A DNA stretch of 64,000 nt. Source: Fonticula-like sp. SCN 57-25. Lineage: Eukaryota. A model generated the notes under the pieces. That model saw nothing but the letters and a program-made list of their open reading frames with translations, was not told the origin of the DNA and ran no database searches. Within the stretch, counting starts at the first letter, position 1. The number at the start of each line of letters is the position of its first letter. Made by a program: the position numbers and the translations under genes. The DNA lies in NCBI GenBank assembly GCA_001724245.1, contig MEDX01000016.1:1-64000 (forward strand). Direction: 5' to 3'. Below, piece by piece: positions 11,900 to 22,602 of the stretch.

Positions 11900-13614
11900 T
11901 TACAATTTCCCGCACTTTTCGCACTCGCAGTCAAACAAGTACGACTCTTTCAGCAACCTTCTTCTCTCCTCGCGCGGCAGCATCTCATCAATGTACGAGA
12001 TAAACATTTCCTCGCCCTTTTCGATCGGCCTTGTCGCGACGAGCTCGAGCGAGTAGTCTGGCGCGCGCGTGACGCTGGCAATGTTTGGCGCGCACGAGTG
12101 GTTCATGCAGTTTGCGACTGGGAAGAGGCCGGTGCCGTGCGCAGTCAGCATCTGCATCCACTCGGCCTGGACGGTCTGCGGGATGCCGTCGTCTGTCACG
12201 CCAAGCCTACGCAGCGTGTGAGCGAGGGAGGCGACGGAGAGGCGGGCGCGTACGCTTGCATGACTCGCGTGCGGCTGTCGTTTGGCGCGCCGGTGAGCAG
12301 CGAAAAGAGAGCCGACACGGGGTGGATATTCTGTGCGTTGCGGAGCATGGCGCCGTTGATCTTGCGGTAGTTTGACAGCGTCACAACTAAAAACAAAGAG
12401 TAAGTCAGCGGTTCGCAAGGCGGCGCGGCGTACTTGAGCTCATGCGCGGGTCACTCTCGAAAATGCGCGTGAGGATGCTGAGCGCGTCCTTGTCGCCGGC
12501 ATTCTTGGGCTCGTAGTGGACAAAGCGCATGAACGGCAGCAGCACGGCCTCCTGCAACCATTTGTCAGCACATGTTTCCAATTAGTCCAAGTGCGCACCG
12601 GTCGAATGCCGTTGTCGAGCCACGTCTTGATCATGGCAAAGGCGCGCGCGATGGCCATTGGGTTCGTGCGCTTGAGTCGCCTGCTCATGTGGTCGAGCGC
12701 GAGGATGGGGTGGATGGCGGTCGCCTTCATGATGTCGCCGGGGCACAGCACCTCGTGGTACGACTTCCACGCCGTGTCGCGGCACGATTCGCTGCAGTAC
12801 TGCTCCAGCTGGCACTCACGGGGGCACGTGACCATCGCCGGCTGCAAAAAAAGGGTAAGCTGCAGTGCATGAAGGCCAAGGTCGTACGGCAGGGGCGCCA
12901 GAGAACTGGGCGTCAAAGGCGGCGCCCTTGTCGCCATAGTCGGTGCGCTGGCTCACCGTCTTGAGGCAGTGGCCGCACACCTGCAGCTCGTCACGGCCCT
13001 CGTCGCCCACCTCGCGGTGCCACAGAAGCGGGACTTCGCGGAACAACGTCTCGCCGGCACTGAACGAGCGCTTGGCAAACAGACCTTTGCCGGAAGGACG
13101 ATCAAGAAGGCGAACTTGAACATTGTCGTCATAGTTCGACGTCAGCTTGGCGTAATATGCGCCCTCGCCGAGCAGCTGCGCCTCAAGGAGTGCCTGTTGG
13201 TACTCGGCCACGGACGGCGCCAGGCGCGCGGCAGAGGCGAACGAAGCGGCGGCGTCGTCGGCCCGCCCAAGGGCCATAAGGCAGCGGCCCGCGCGAAAAA
13301 AGCTCTATTAAAAGGTAAGAAGACGCAAACAGAAAACTAGAAGAGCGCACTTTGTCATAGTCGGGCTTGATCTCGGCGCTCAATTGAGAGTCCGCGAGCG
13401 ATCGCTCCATCTGGCCCATCGCAAACAGCGCGGCGGCGCGGTTGCCGAGCAGCTGCGATCCTCGTCAGATTCGGCAAAAGAGTCAACAAACAAAACGCAC
13501 CACCGGATCCCGAGGCGACGCTTCAATTCCCCGCGAGTACGCCTCGACAGCCTGAACATACCGCTGCGCCTTGTAGTGCGCGTTGCCCTCCAGGCGCGCG
13601 GCCTCTGCAGCCAT
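11900..13614 (-). CDS. TPR plus SET/MYND lysine methyltransferase (SMYD family), about 5 introns
   Basis: N-terminal TPR (LEGNAHYKAQRYVQAVEAYSRGI), GKGLFAKRSFSAGETL, MYND cysteines (CGHC...YCSESC...HEVLC), NHSCAPN, GEEMFISY and YLFDCECEKC. Confidence 0.9.
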
Positions 13615-13681
13615 GTCTAGGAAATGCTGACTGTTCGAACTGGACAAACGCTGACTGTTCAAACAGCTTGTCGCTGCGGAC

Positions 13682-16140
13682 ATGGGGCTACGGCGGCTGG
13701 ACCTACTGGTCCTCCTGTCGTGCGCCGTGGCGTCGTTTCTCGTCATTTCGAGGGACAACGCGTCGGGCGATTCGCTGTCGCTTGCCTTTCGGTTAAGCAA
13801 GCCGTCGTCGTTCTCGGTCGCCGACATCCAGTGCGCACTTTGCGCCAGCTCTGCTCGTTCCTTAACGATGGTGGCGGTAGCCCCAAGCCGATTATCGTAG
13901 ACTTTGACGGCGATGGCTCGAATGACGTTCTTCTTGTGACGCAGGACGCGACGGTGGAGCAGTACAAGTACCGCGCGTCGGCCGGCAACAAGATCGGGGA
14001 TCTTTCCCTCGTCCGGTCATCGACGTTTTCTAACCAGCTGCGCGTGTCATCTCGCCTGGCACCGGCCGCCGCGGCGACGGGATCGCTCTCGTCTGTCGGC
14101 GATGACGGCAAGGTCCTCGTGGTTGTCACGCACGGACTGTCGGTTCACTGCCTCGACTCCAAGCTCAACATCTTGTGGGAGCGCAATCTCGGCCGCGATC
14201 TGCGCGCTTCCAACTATGTCAGGTGCGCCACCATTCACCATGAGCGACGTGCGAAACTCACTTTTTGCACATTTTTGTATTCAGCGAAGCGTCCGTCGTA
14301 ATTGAGCCTTCGCTGACGGGCGGCCTTGTGGTTGTCGGCGTGCGGATCTCGACGCGCCCCCAGTCCGCCGAAGGGTCTTCGTACGCCTCTGCCCCCGTTT
14401 TTTTACCCGCTGACCTCTGCCAGACACGCTCACCTCTCCCGCCACGAGGGCGACGCCGAGGATTCCGATGAAGACGACGGGTCGGGCTCATCCGCGGCAG
14501 CCGTGGAGGAAGCTCATCACTACAGTTTGTACGCCTTCAACGGCCGCACGAGCCTGCTGATGTGGAAGCACGAGGAGAGCGACAGCCTCGACGTCGAAGT
14601 CGGTCCTCAGGAAGAGGTGCGCTCGCCGTTTTGAGCGCCTTTTTCTTAACCTGCCTGTGCTTTTGTCGCAGTCCGAGTACGTGCGGCACCACTACAAGAT
14701 TGACCCTCGCCAGTCGCTGCGCCACCGCGGCGAAGTGCCGTGGCGCGTGTTCCAGTCGTCGCTGCTCCGCACGCTGCCGCACTCGTGGACGGGCCCGGGC
14801 GACACACGGTGCGCTTCTTTTCCCTTTTCCTTGTGCGCTGACTCGTAGGCGTAGCATGCACACCGCGTCCATGGTGCGCAATAAGCGGTCGCGCGCGTCG
14901 ACTGGCCAGGGCTCGTCGGTGCCCGAGCAGCCGCACAGTACGCCCAATATACAGCATAATACGCCGCTGACATAGCATTAAGGGTCGCTTGGCGCGCTGA
15001 GGTCGCAGGTCGGGGCAGAGTCGGACGGCGACGCGGCCGAGACGGCGGCGCTGATTGTGCACTCGTACGACGGCATTCAGGCGTTCAAGGTGTGGCACTC
15101 TGCTTGCTGTTTAATGATACTGATTGGCTGCAGATGAGCAACGGTGAGCCAATTACGCGGCTGGCTGTTGGCGGCGACCGCCACGGTAGCGCGGGGCTCT
15201 TTGTGGACGTGAACGGCGACGGCATTATTGACCAAGTGAGCGCGCTGCTGACATCCAACGAGGCCGCAGGCCGTACGTCATATTAATATTGGGTTTTTTT
15301 GGCTCTTTTTGAGTATTTTGTGTCTTGTGTGGCTCATTTTCTTTACTCGCTCTTCTTTAGCCGGCAAATCGAGCGGCTTTGCGTGCCTCGGCGTCGTGCG
15401 CAGCGGCCTTTCGCCGCACATTGACCTCCTCTTCAACGCCTCCATCTGCTCACCCGACGGCTCTGACCGCGGCTTTATCTCTTCTCTCCGCCTTGGCGTG
15501 TCGGTCGCGACCGAGCAGTCCTTCCGTAACCTCCTTGCTGACCACCGCATGGTGTCTGCCGCGCCCGTCGCGCTCCCCCGCGTTGACGGCGACGGCACGA
15601 GCGACGTAGTGTTCCTCCTGAGCAACGGCCGCATGACGAGCTTTTCGCCGATTGGCAGCCTCAACTGGCAGATTGACACTGACGCGTCGTGGCTGCAGGC
15701 GATGAAGCCCGGGTCGGCGGCCGCCATCGAGGCCGAGATGTTTGAGCCCGTCTTCAGGGCGGTGCAGTTCAGGCCGGCGCTGATCACGTCCACGCGGCTC
15801 GTCGTCGCCGGGTGGCGCACGCTGCTGCTCGTGTCGCGCGACGGGTACGTCACGGCCAGCGCGACGCTGATGCAGCCGCCGACGGGCGACGCGTATGGTG
15901 ATTTTAACGACGACGGCACGGTCGACATCATCATCGCGTCGAGCAACGAGTACGCTTTCCTTTGCTGTTGTGCGTAGCTCACATCGCCACAGTATTGTTG
16001 GGTACGTCGTGCAGCAGCACGTCGGGTTCTCTATGCTCAGCGCGTTTGTCGGCGCGTGGGTGGTCGTCCTGGTGGCGCTTCTCGTCGCGCATTTCCTTCC
16101 GAACGCAAAGCTGCCAAAGCATGTGCGCCTCTCTGAATAG
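13682..16140 (+). CDS. FG-GAP repeat type-I membrane protein, resembling plant NERD1; about 9 introns
   Basis: Signal peptide, several DxDGDG loops (DFDGDGSND, DVNGDGIID, DFNDDGTVD), HYSLYAFNGRT and HHYKID...RHRGE...LPHSWTGPGDT, and a C-terminal transmembrane helix. Confidence 0.75.
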
Positions 16141-16222
16141 GACGCCTAAATTTCCTTTTCCAATTGAGCTTGTATCATCATCATCGTCATCGCTATTATC
16201 AATAACATTATAGTTTACATAG

Positions 16223-17508
16223 TCAGCTTTCCTGACGGTAAAAAGTGTCGAGGAGAGGCTGGACCGTCTTGCGCGTCGCCTTGACATTGCCCTGGTGGTA
16301 CACGCGGAGCCGTTCGCTGCACGCGCTATGCGCCTCCTTGGCGAGGTTGAGCACCGCCGCGCCTTCAAGATACTCGACGAGGGTGGCGTCCACCGGCTGC
16401 TTCGACGGAAAGTACACGACGATCCAGCGGTCAAAATGCGGCTTGTCGACGTACAGCATCGCCATGAGGACATTGAGGCCGTTCTCGACCGCGTACGACT
16501 CGAGCTGCGCGGGAAGGTCGCTGTGGCGAGCAAAGAATTGTGCCGGCGAGTACGCGACAGCGGAAATGCCGAGCAGGACGGAAGGAGTAAAGTTCCATGA
16601 TTTGAAGTCTTTCCGGAGAAGGTCGCGGCACGAAAGAGCGTCAATACTCGTCTTGGCCGTCATCGCGCGCGAAAAGAGCGCGTCCGTGTACGCCTGCGTG
16701 CCAATGTCAATGCAAGAGAGAAAGGATCAAAAGCGCACTTTGGCGTCGGGGGCGGCGATGCCGATCACGCCCGTCATTGCGTTGACCATGTCAGTGTCCG
16801 CCGCAGTGGTGCGGCCGAGGGCGGGATCGAGGTTGACCGTGTCGAGGAGCACCGCGGGAAGCAAAAGGCGCGCAAGCTCGGCGTCGAGCAATTGGCGCTC
16901 ACGGGCAAAGCGCGCAATGAGCGTGCTCGCGGAACCGACGGGCTCGATCACGCGCTCGTCAACTGTCGTCTCGAGGTACGCGCGCTCATCGGCATGGTGA
17001 TCGATGATGGAGCGAACTGAGCGCGCGAGAGACGACTGCGCGCGCGACAGGAGGTTGTGGTCAACAAGCGCGAGGTCAAGGCGGTCGGATTTTGCAAGCC
17101 CGGCGAGATCGATCGAGTCGGTGAACAGCAGTGCCGAAGTGTCCAACCTATCAAGCAAGGTCAATGTGGGGGTATGCAAGGGATTGCAGAGCGTACCCAA
17201 GCTCCTTCATGACGAATGTTACTTCGGTGCGCAGCGGGAGGTCCGCCCGCGGGATATTTAGCACGGGCAGCATGGGCGCCGCCTCTCCAGCGTCCCTGCT
17301 GGTGACATAGCCGAGACCGATAGCGCTCACAACAGAGTCGAGATCTGAAACCGAAAGGTGAGCGCGAGGCATCGCTGGGTCGCTCCAATGTCGCACCCGC
17401 CGCCTCGTTTCCGAGCGCGACCGCCACGCGCGCCGTCGCGCCGCCAAGTCCCTGCTGCACCCACTGATGGCACCTGCGCAGGTACGCGTTGACGCCGCGC
17501 ATCTCCAT
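16223..17508 (-). CDS. PPX1: Exopolyphosphatase PPX1/PRUNE (DHH family), 3 introns
   Basis: GNEAA|DLDSVVSAI, LNIPRADLPLRTEV, LVDHN, IIDHH, VGSASTLI, LLDTVNL, LLRKDFK and TRKTVQPLL. Confidence 0.92.
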
Positions 17509-17522
17509 TGCCAGATCACGTG

Positions 17523-18697
17523 ATGCTTACAACTGCACCGATGCTGCCGTGGCGGCGCGGTGCTGTACTAGCGGCGCGCCCGCTGCGCCACTGGCCGTCG
17601 CGCTGGCTTGCGCAGGCGCCGACGCGCGCCACGAGCCAGACGCGGTCTTCAGGGAGCATTTTTGAGACGGTTGCGTCGCTCTCACGGTCGCAACGACACT
17701 GCGGCCTGATGATGCGGTCGGGGCTCACCGGAGCGTCAATAGAAGAAATTTCGCTGACGACGACAATGGCAACCAAGCTGCGGCCGGAACTGGACGCCGA
17801 GATTGCGCGGCTCGTGCCGGGCGGGCTGGGGTCGCGTGGGTTCGGGGAGGATGCCGTTTTTGTGCGGCCGGACGGATTTGGCATCGCTGACGGGATCGGT
17901 CACTGGTTGCAGCCGATTGGATACAATTCGGCACTTTTTTCGCGTCTCTTGATGCACTACGTGGCGGAAATTATTGACGACCACAGCGCCGCGGACGTGA
18001 GCTCTGACCGGCTTGCCGTCGAGATGCTGCAACGGTCATTTGATCGGATCGGCATCCCGGGGGGGAGCAGCACGGCGCTCATAGGGACTTTGCACGACGT
18101 GCGCTCTCGTATGTTGTTATTAGTGTTTGCTTACGCTGTCCTACTTGCTAGGACACGCTACATGTTGCGAATATCGGCGACTGCAGGCTGATTGTTTGGC
18201 GCGACGGTCACATCATCTTGCACACTGAAGAGCAGCTGCACGACTTTAACTTTCCCTTTCAACTTGGCGCGAAAAGCAGCGTGCAGCCAAAGGACGCGGC
18301 GCTCTCGCACGTCCAGGTGCAGCCGGGTGACGTCATTGTGTGCGGGTCGGACGGCCTCTTTGACAACCTCTTTGACGACCAAATCTTTGCCGTTGTCGAG
18401 CAGGCGCGCAGAAGGTCGGAGAAGAGCCCGACGCACCGCACCATCCAGCCGCAGCTCGACCCTCAATGTGCGCATAATACTTTTTGGCTCGCGCGTTTCC
18501 TAATCAGTGGTGCCGCAGACGTGTCGGACATGCTCTTTGCGATGGCCAAGGACGTGGCGCAGGACTCGCGGGCAAACAGCCCGTTCGAGCAGCGCTGCGT
18601 GGAGAACGGTATTTTTTACCGAGGGGGAAAGATGGACGACATTTCTATTATTACCGCCGTCGTCGTCGAGGCCGAGGACAGCCCGGACCGACGCTGA
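17523..18697 (+). CDS. PPTC7: Protein phosphatase PTC7 homolog (PP2C fold), 2 introns; start at 17523 or 17541
   Basis: GEDAVF, GIADGIGHW, GSSTA, NIGDCR, EQLHDFNFPFQL, GSDGLFDNL and GGKMDDISI. The Arg-rich N-terminus resembles a mitochondrial presequence. Confidence 0.92.
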
Positions 18698-19135
18698 TGC
18701 CGCTACGACGGAAGCTGACGGCGGATGCTGACGTGTGCCTCCCTGTTCCATAACTTTATGTATTATTAGCGCTCTTTGATGTACATTTTTTTATCTAATT
18801 GAAGCAAACATCTGTTTAAACCTCTGTTGAACTCTTGCCACGCGGTCTCGAGCGCCTTCCAGGGGCTTTCGGCCCGGTCCGCGACTTTCGCGGGCTTTTT
18901 TATGGTCGAATCTCAAAGCCAAAGTTGAACCGATGTTTATCGCTGTCCATCAGCCAATCAGAGATGCGATCGGCGGCCGTTCCACAGGCCTGCGGCAGTT
19001 TCTCCATGCACCCCAACATCCCAACGCGCAGCTGATTGGTCCAAATACGAAAGCACGAGGTCGGTATACCTGCGCCAGCTTGCACATTTTCAGCGCCAGT
19101 CCCGCGGCCCTTTCCCCCCACCCGAGACCATCGTG

Positions 19136-20391
19136 ATGCCCCCGAACGCGGCCGAGGCCACCGCTGCGTCGTCGTCGCCGGCGCTGCGCGCCAGCAAGCT
19201 GCGCGCCAGCACGTCCAAGAAGGATGCCGAGCTTCGTGCGTTTTGCGCTTTTTGTTGACGGTATTGCTGACGACGATGTTATAAACAGGCCAGCCGATCC
19301 TCCCCACGCAGGTGCCGCCGTTCACCCTGTCGGACCTCAAGAACGCCATCCCGGCGCACTGCTTTGAGCCGACGCTCCTAGAGTCGTACTCTCACCTTGC
19401 GTGGAACATTGTCCAGTGCGCCATGCTGGCGGCGGCCTTTGTGTGGCTCGACAGCCGCCTGCCGTGGGCCCTCTGGATCCCGGCGTACCTGCTGTACACG
19501 TGGGTGCAGGGTGTCCTGTTCACGGGCGTGTGGGTCATTGGCCACGAGTGCGGGCACGGTGGCTTTGCCAAGAGCAAGATGGTTAACGATGTCACTGGCT
19601 ACTTTTTGCACACGATGCTGTACGTGCCGTACTTTTCGTGGCAGCGCTCGCACTCGAACCACCACCACTACACCAACAACCTTGCCAAGGACGAAGTCTT
19701 TGTTCCCCCGAAGGCGTGCAAGGAGACTGCTGCCAAGGAGAAGCAGAACCCGTCGCACAAGCGCAACCCGATCGATGTCGTCTTCAACCTCACGCTCATG
19801 CTCACCTTTGGCTGGCCTCTGTACCTGATCAAGAACGCCACCGGCCACGCGTCCGACGAGACCATGTCGCACTTTTTGCCGTCGTCGCCCATCTTCAAGC
19901 CCAAGGACTACTACAAGGTTGTCTTTAGCACGGCGAGCCTCTTCATGTGGACCGCCGTCCTCGTGTACCTCGGCACCTTTGTCGGCCACCTCCAGCTCTT
20001 CAAGCTGTACGTCCCTGCGCTTTTCGTCAACAACGCGTACCTCGTCGCCATCACCTTTTTGCAGCACACCGACTCGAAGCTGCCCCACTACGATGACGAG
20101 GACTGGACGTGGCTCCGCGGCGCCCTCTGCACCGTCGACCGCACCATGGGCCGCTGGCTCGACACCAAGCTCCACTACATCCACTCGACGCACGTGTGCC
20201 ACCACGTCTTTTCGCGCATTCCCTTTTACCGCGCCGAGGAGGCCACCCGCGCCATGATCCCCGTGCTCGGCGAGTACTACATCAAGGATGACTCGAGCTT
20301 CCTCAAGACGCTCTACCTCAACTTCCGCGACTGCAACTACCTCCAGGACACCAAGGGTGTTGCGTGGTGGCTCGAGGCGCTCAGCGATTAG
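19136..20391 (+). CDS. FAD2: Delta-12/omega-6 fatty acid desaturase, 1 intron
   Basis: PPFTLSDLKNAIPAHCFE, His boxes HECGH, HSNHH and HVCHH, ITFLQHT and RGALCTVDR. Confidence 0.93.
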
Positions 20392-20662
20392 ACGGCGTGT
20401 TTCTTTTGATGCGCCTCGTTGCGCCTTGTTACCCACGCAGCTGATGCGTGCGCGAGCCGCCACACTGTCTGCATCTTTCCTTGCTTGAAGGACAGACTCG
20501 CTATATTGAGTTTCTTATTTCTTCCATAATGTTTCGTCTCTGTATTCTGCATAATATACTCATCCTTTTACCGTGTATTGACACTGTGGCGCCTCTATTG
20601 TCTGATATCGTACACCCATCCATGCATGCAAACAACGCACAAAAATAAACGAAAGCAAATAA

Positions 20663-21478
20663 TCAATAGCCCGAGTAGGCGACCGGCATCGGGGACGAGA
20701 GCGCCGACGCGTAGTTTGAGGGCGACGTCAATGTCGACGCGTAGTTTGAGGGCGACGACATGGCCGAAGCAAAGTACTGCGACATTTCGCCGTCGTCAAA
20801 GCTGCGCTCGTCCGCGTCCTGGTCGTCTGAAAACTCGTCCGCAGAGACAAAGTCGGCCTCGTTAATTGCCACCGACGACCGCGTTTCGGGCGCCCGCATG
20901 TTGGATACCGTGGGCGCCTCATACCCGCCAAAGGTGGGCGACGATAGGAGGGAGCGGCGCTCCTCGGATTGCGCTGCCGGCTTGCCGCGCGTGAGCATCA
21001 GCAGGAAAACGAGCTCTAGTATTGAAAGAGCGAAAAAGACGACGAAAATGACCACTTCCATGTCGGTGGTAAAGTCGAACAGAGCGGTCTTGATTACAAT
21101 CACCAGCACGTAGATCACGTTGATGATCTAAACGGCGAGCGTTAGACGAGAGATGGGAGGCGGAGCACGCGCGGGCGCACCAAACCGTCTCGAAACTTGA
21201 ACCATTTTGCAAGGAGCACAACTAGAATAATTTTAAAGCCTCCCGCGATCTGAAAGGAGTGGTTGGTCAGCGCCCGAACCTCACGCACACTCGTCATCGG
21301 GTCGTACAAAGATATCAAACTGCGACGTTGTAGGGGTGTAGCTGTAGATTTGCTCGTCCAAATATGCTTCAAGCGACATGTCCCCTTTCCCCATAAAGTA
21401 GACGAGTATCTGCACGCCCAGCAGGCCGAGTTCCAGCCCAGCCAGTAGCCTGCTCCGGCTGTTTGTGTGCTGCTCCAT
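20663..21478 (-). CDS. Four-helix membrane protein with MENTAL-like domain (STARD3NL/MENTHO-like), 2 introns
   Basis: LEAYLDEQIYSYTPTTSQFDIF resembles the MENTAL signature LEQEIIQYNFKTSFFDIF as I recall it. Four hydrophobic helices, ERRSLL and an acidic FFAT-like tail; no START domain. Confidence 0.7.
20705..20757. repeat. Two-copy coding tandem repeat with a 30-bp period
   Basis: CGACGCGTAGTTTGAGGGCGACG at 20705-20727 and 20735-20757; it encodes (S/T)SPSNYAS twice. Confidence 0.9.
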
Positions 21479-21549
21479 CCCCGCCTTCCGTCTCCTGACC
21501 CAACAAGGTTGTCGCAAGTGCTGACAGCGCATTTGGTCCGTGCGCCGCC

Positions 21550-22462
21550 ATGACCGGAGGCGACCGGGCGTTCCGGAGGTTCCTGACCGCGCCTGAGCGG
21601 CAGTCGCTAGAGACAATGACGGTGCTTACGACGAGGGTGCAGCCGGTAGATGCGCAGCGTGTTGTAAAGTGCGGTCGCCTTTCGTGTTTGTCGCCGAGAC
21701 TGATGCGCCTGCAGGATGATGGGGACGTTGGAGCCGCTCGAAGAGTGCAGCCACCTCAAGCGCATTCGCAGGCGGCAAATCCCGGGCGAGTCTGAAGCTA
21801 TTCTAGATGTAATTTTAACGTTAAAGGGCGAGAGTGGGTATGATCGGGCCTCGGCGCTCATGCGCGAGCTGGGCCTGACGGGATCGGTCGAGGAGGTTGA
21901 AGTGTCGGCGCGTGCGCCGGTCCTTCGCGCTCAATACGATATCTGGAACCCCCTCTGGCCCCTCGTTTTCCACGACGTGCGAAAGGGCCTGCCGGATCTG
22001 CAAGCAGACGATGCCGCCTCAATAGCCTTTATGGAGCAAGCCCGCCAGCATGCGCGTGAATGTCGGGGGTCCGTGTCGTCGGGGGCGGTGCTTGTGGACC
22101 CAATAAATGGGCGCGTCGTTTGCGGCGCAGCGGACGGCCGGGACGACCACCCGCTTCACCACGCGGTCATGCAGTGCCTGGACGCCAAGGCGCGCATCGA
22201 CCGCTCTTCGACCGAGCCCAAATCAAAGCGCAAGCTACCCGACCAGGACGGCAGCGGGTACCTCTGCAACGGCCTCGACATGTACGTTACGCGGGAGCCG
22301 TGCGTTATGTGCAGCATGGCGCTTGTGCACTCGAGGATTCGGTGCGTCTACATTGACAGCCGCAATGAGCAATTTGGCGGGCTCGTCAGCTTGTTCAATG
22401 TCGCGGAGCAAAAGGGACTTAACCACCATTTCGATGTGTTTTACCTGAACCACACCGACTAA
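21550..22462 (+). CDS. ADAT3: tRNA adenosine-34 deaminase non-catalytic subunit TAD3/ADAT3, 1 intron
   Basis: HLKRIR, WNPLWPLVF, HPLHHAVM (V replaces the catalytic E), YLCNGLDMYVTREPCVMCSMALVHSRI and LNHHFDVF. Confidence 0.93.
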
Positions 22463-22602
22463 TTACCATTCCTCAATGACTTGTTGTACTACCAGCTCTA
22501 TAAATATATACAAATTTTGTCGCCATTGCGTTCTAATAATTTGCCGCGGTGCGGTGTTTTGTTTCGAATCAGTCTGGGGTGGAATCAGATCTAGACTGGA
22601 CA

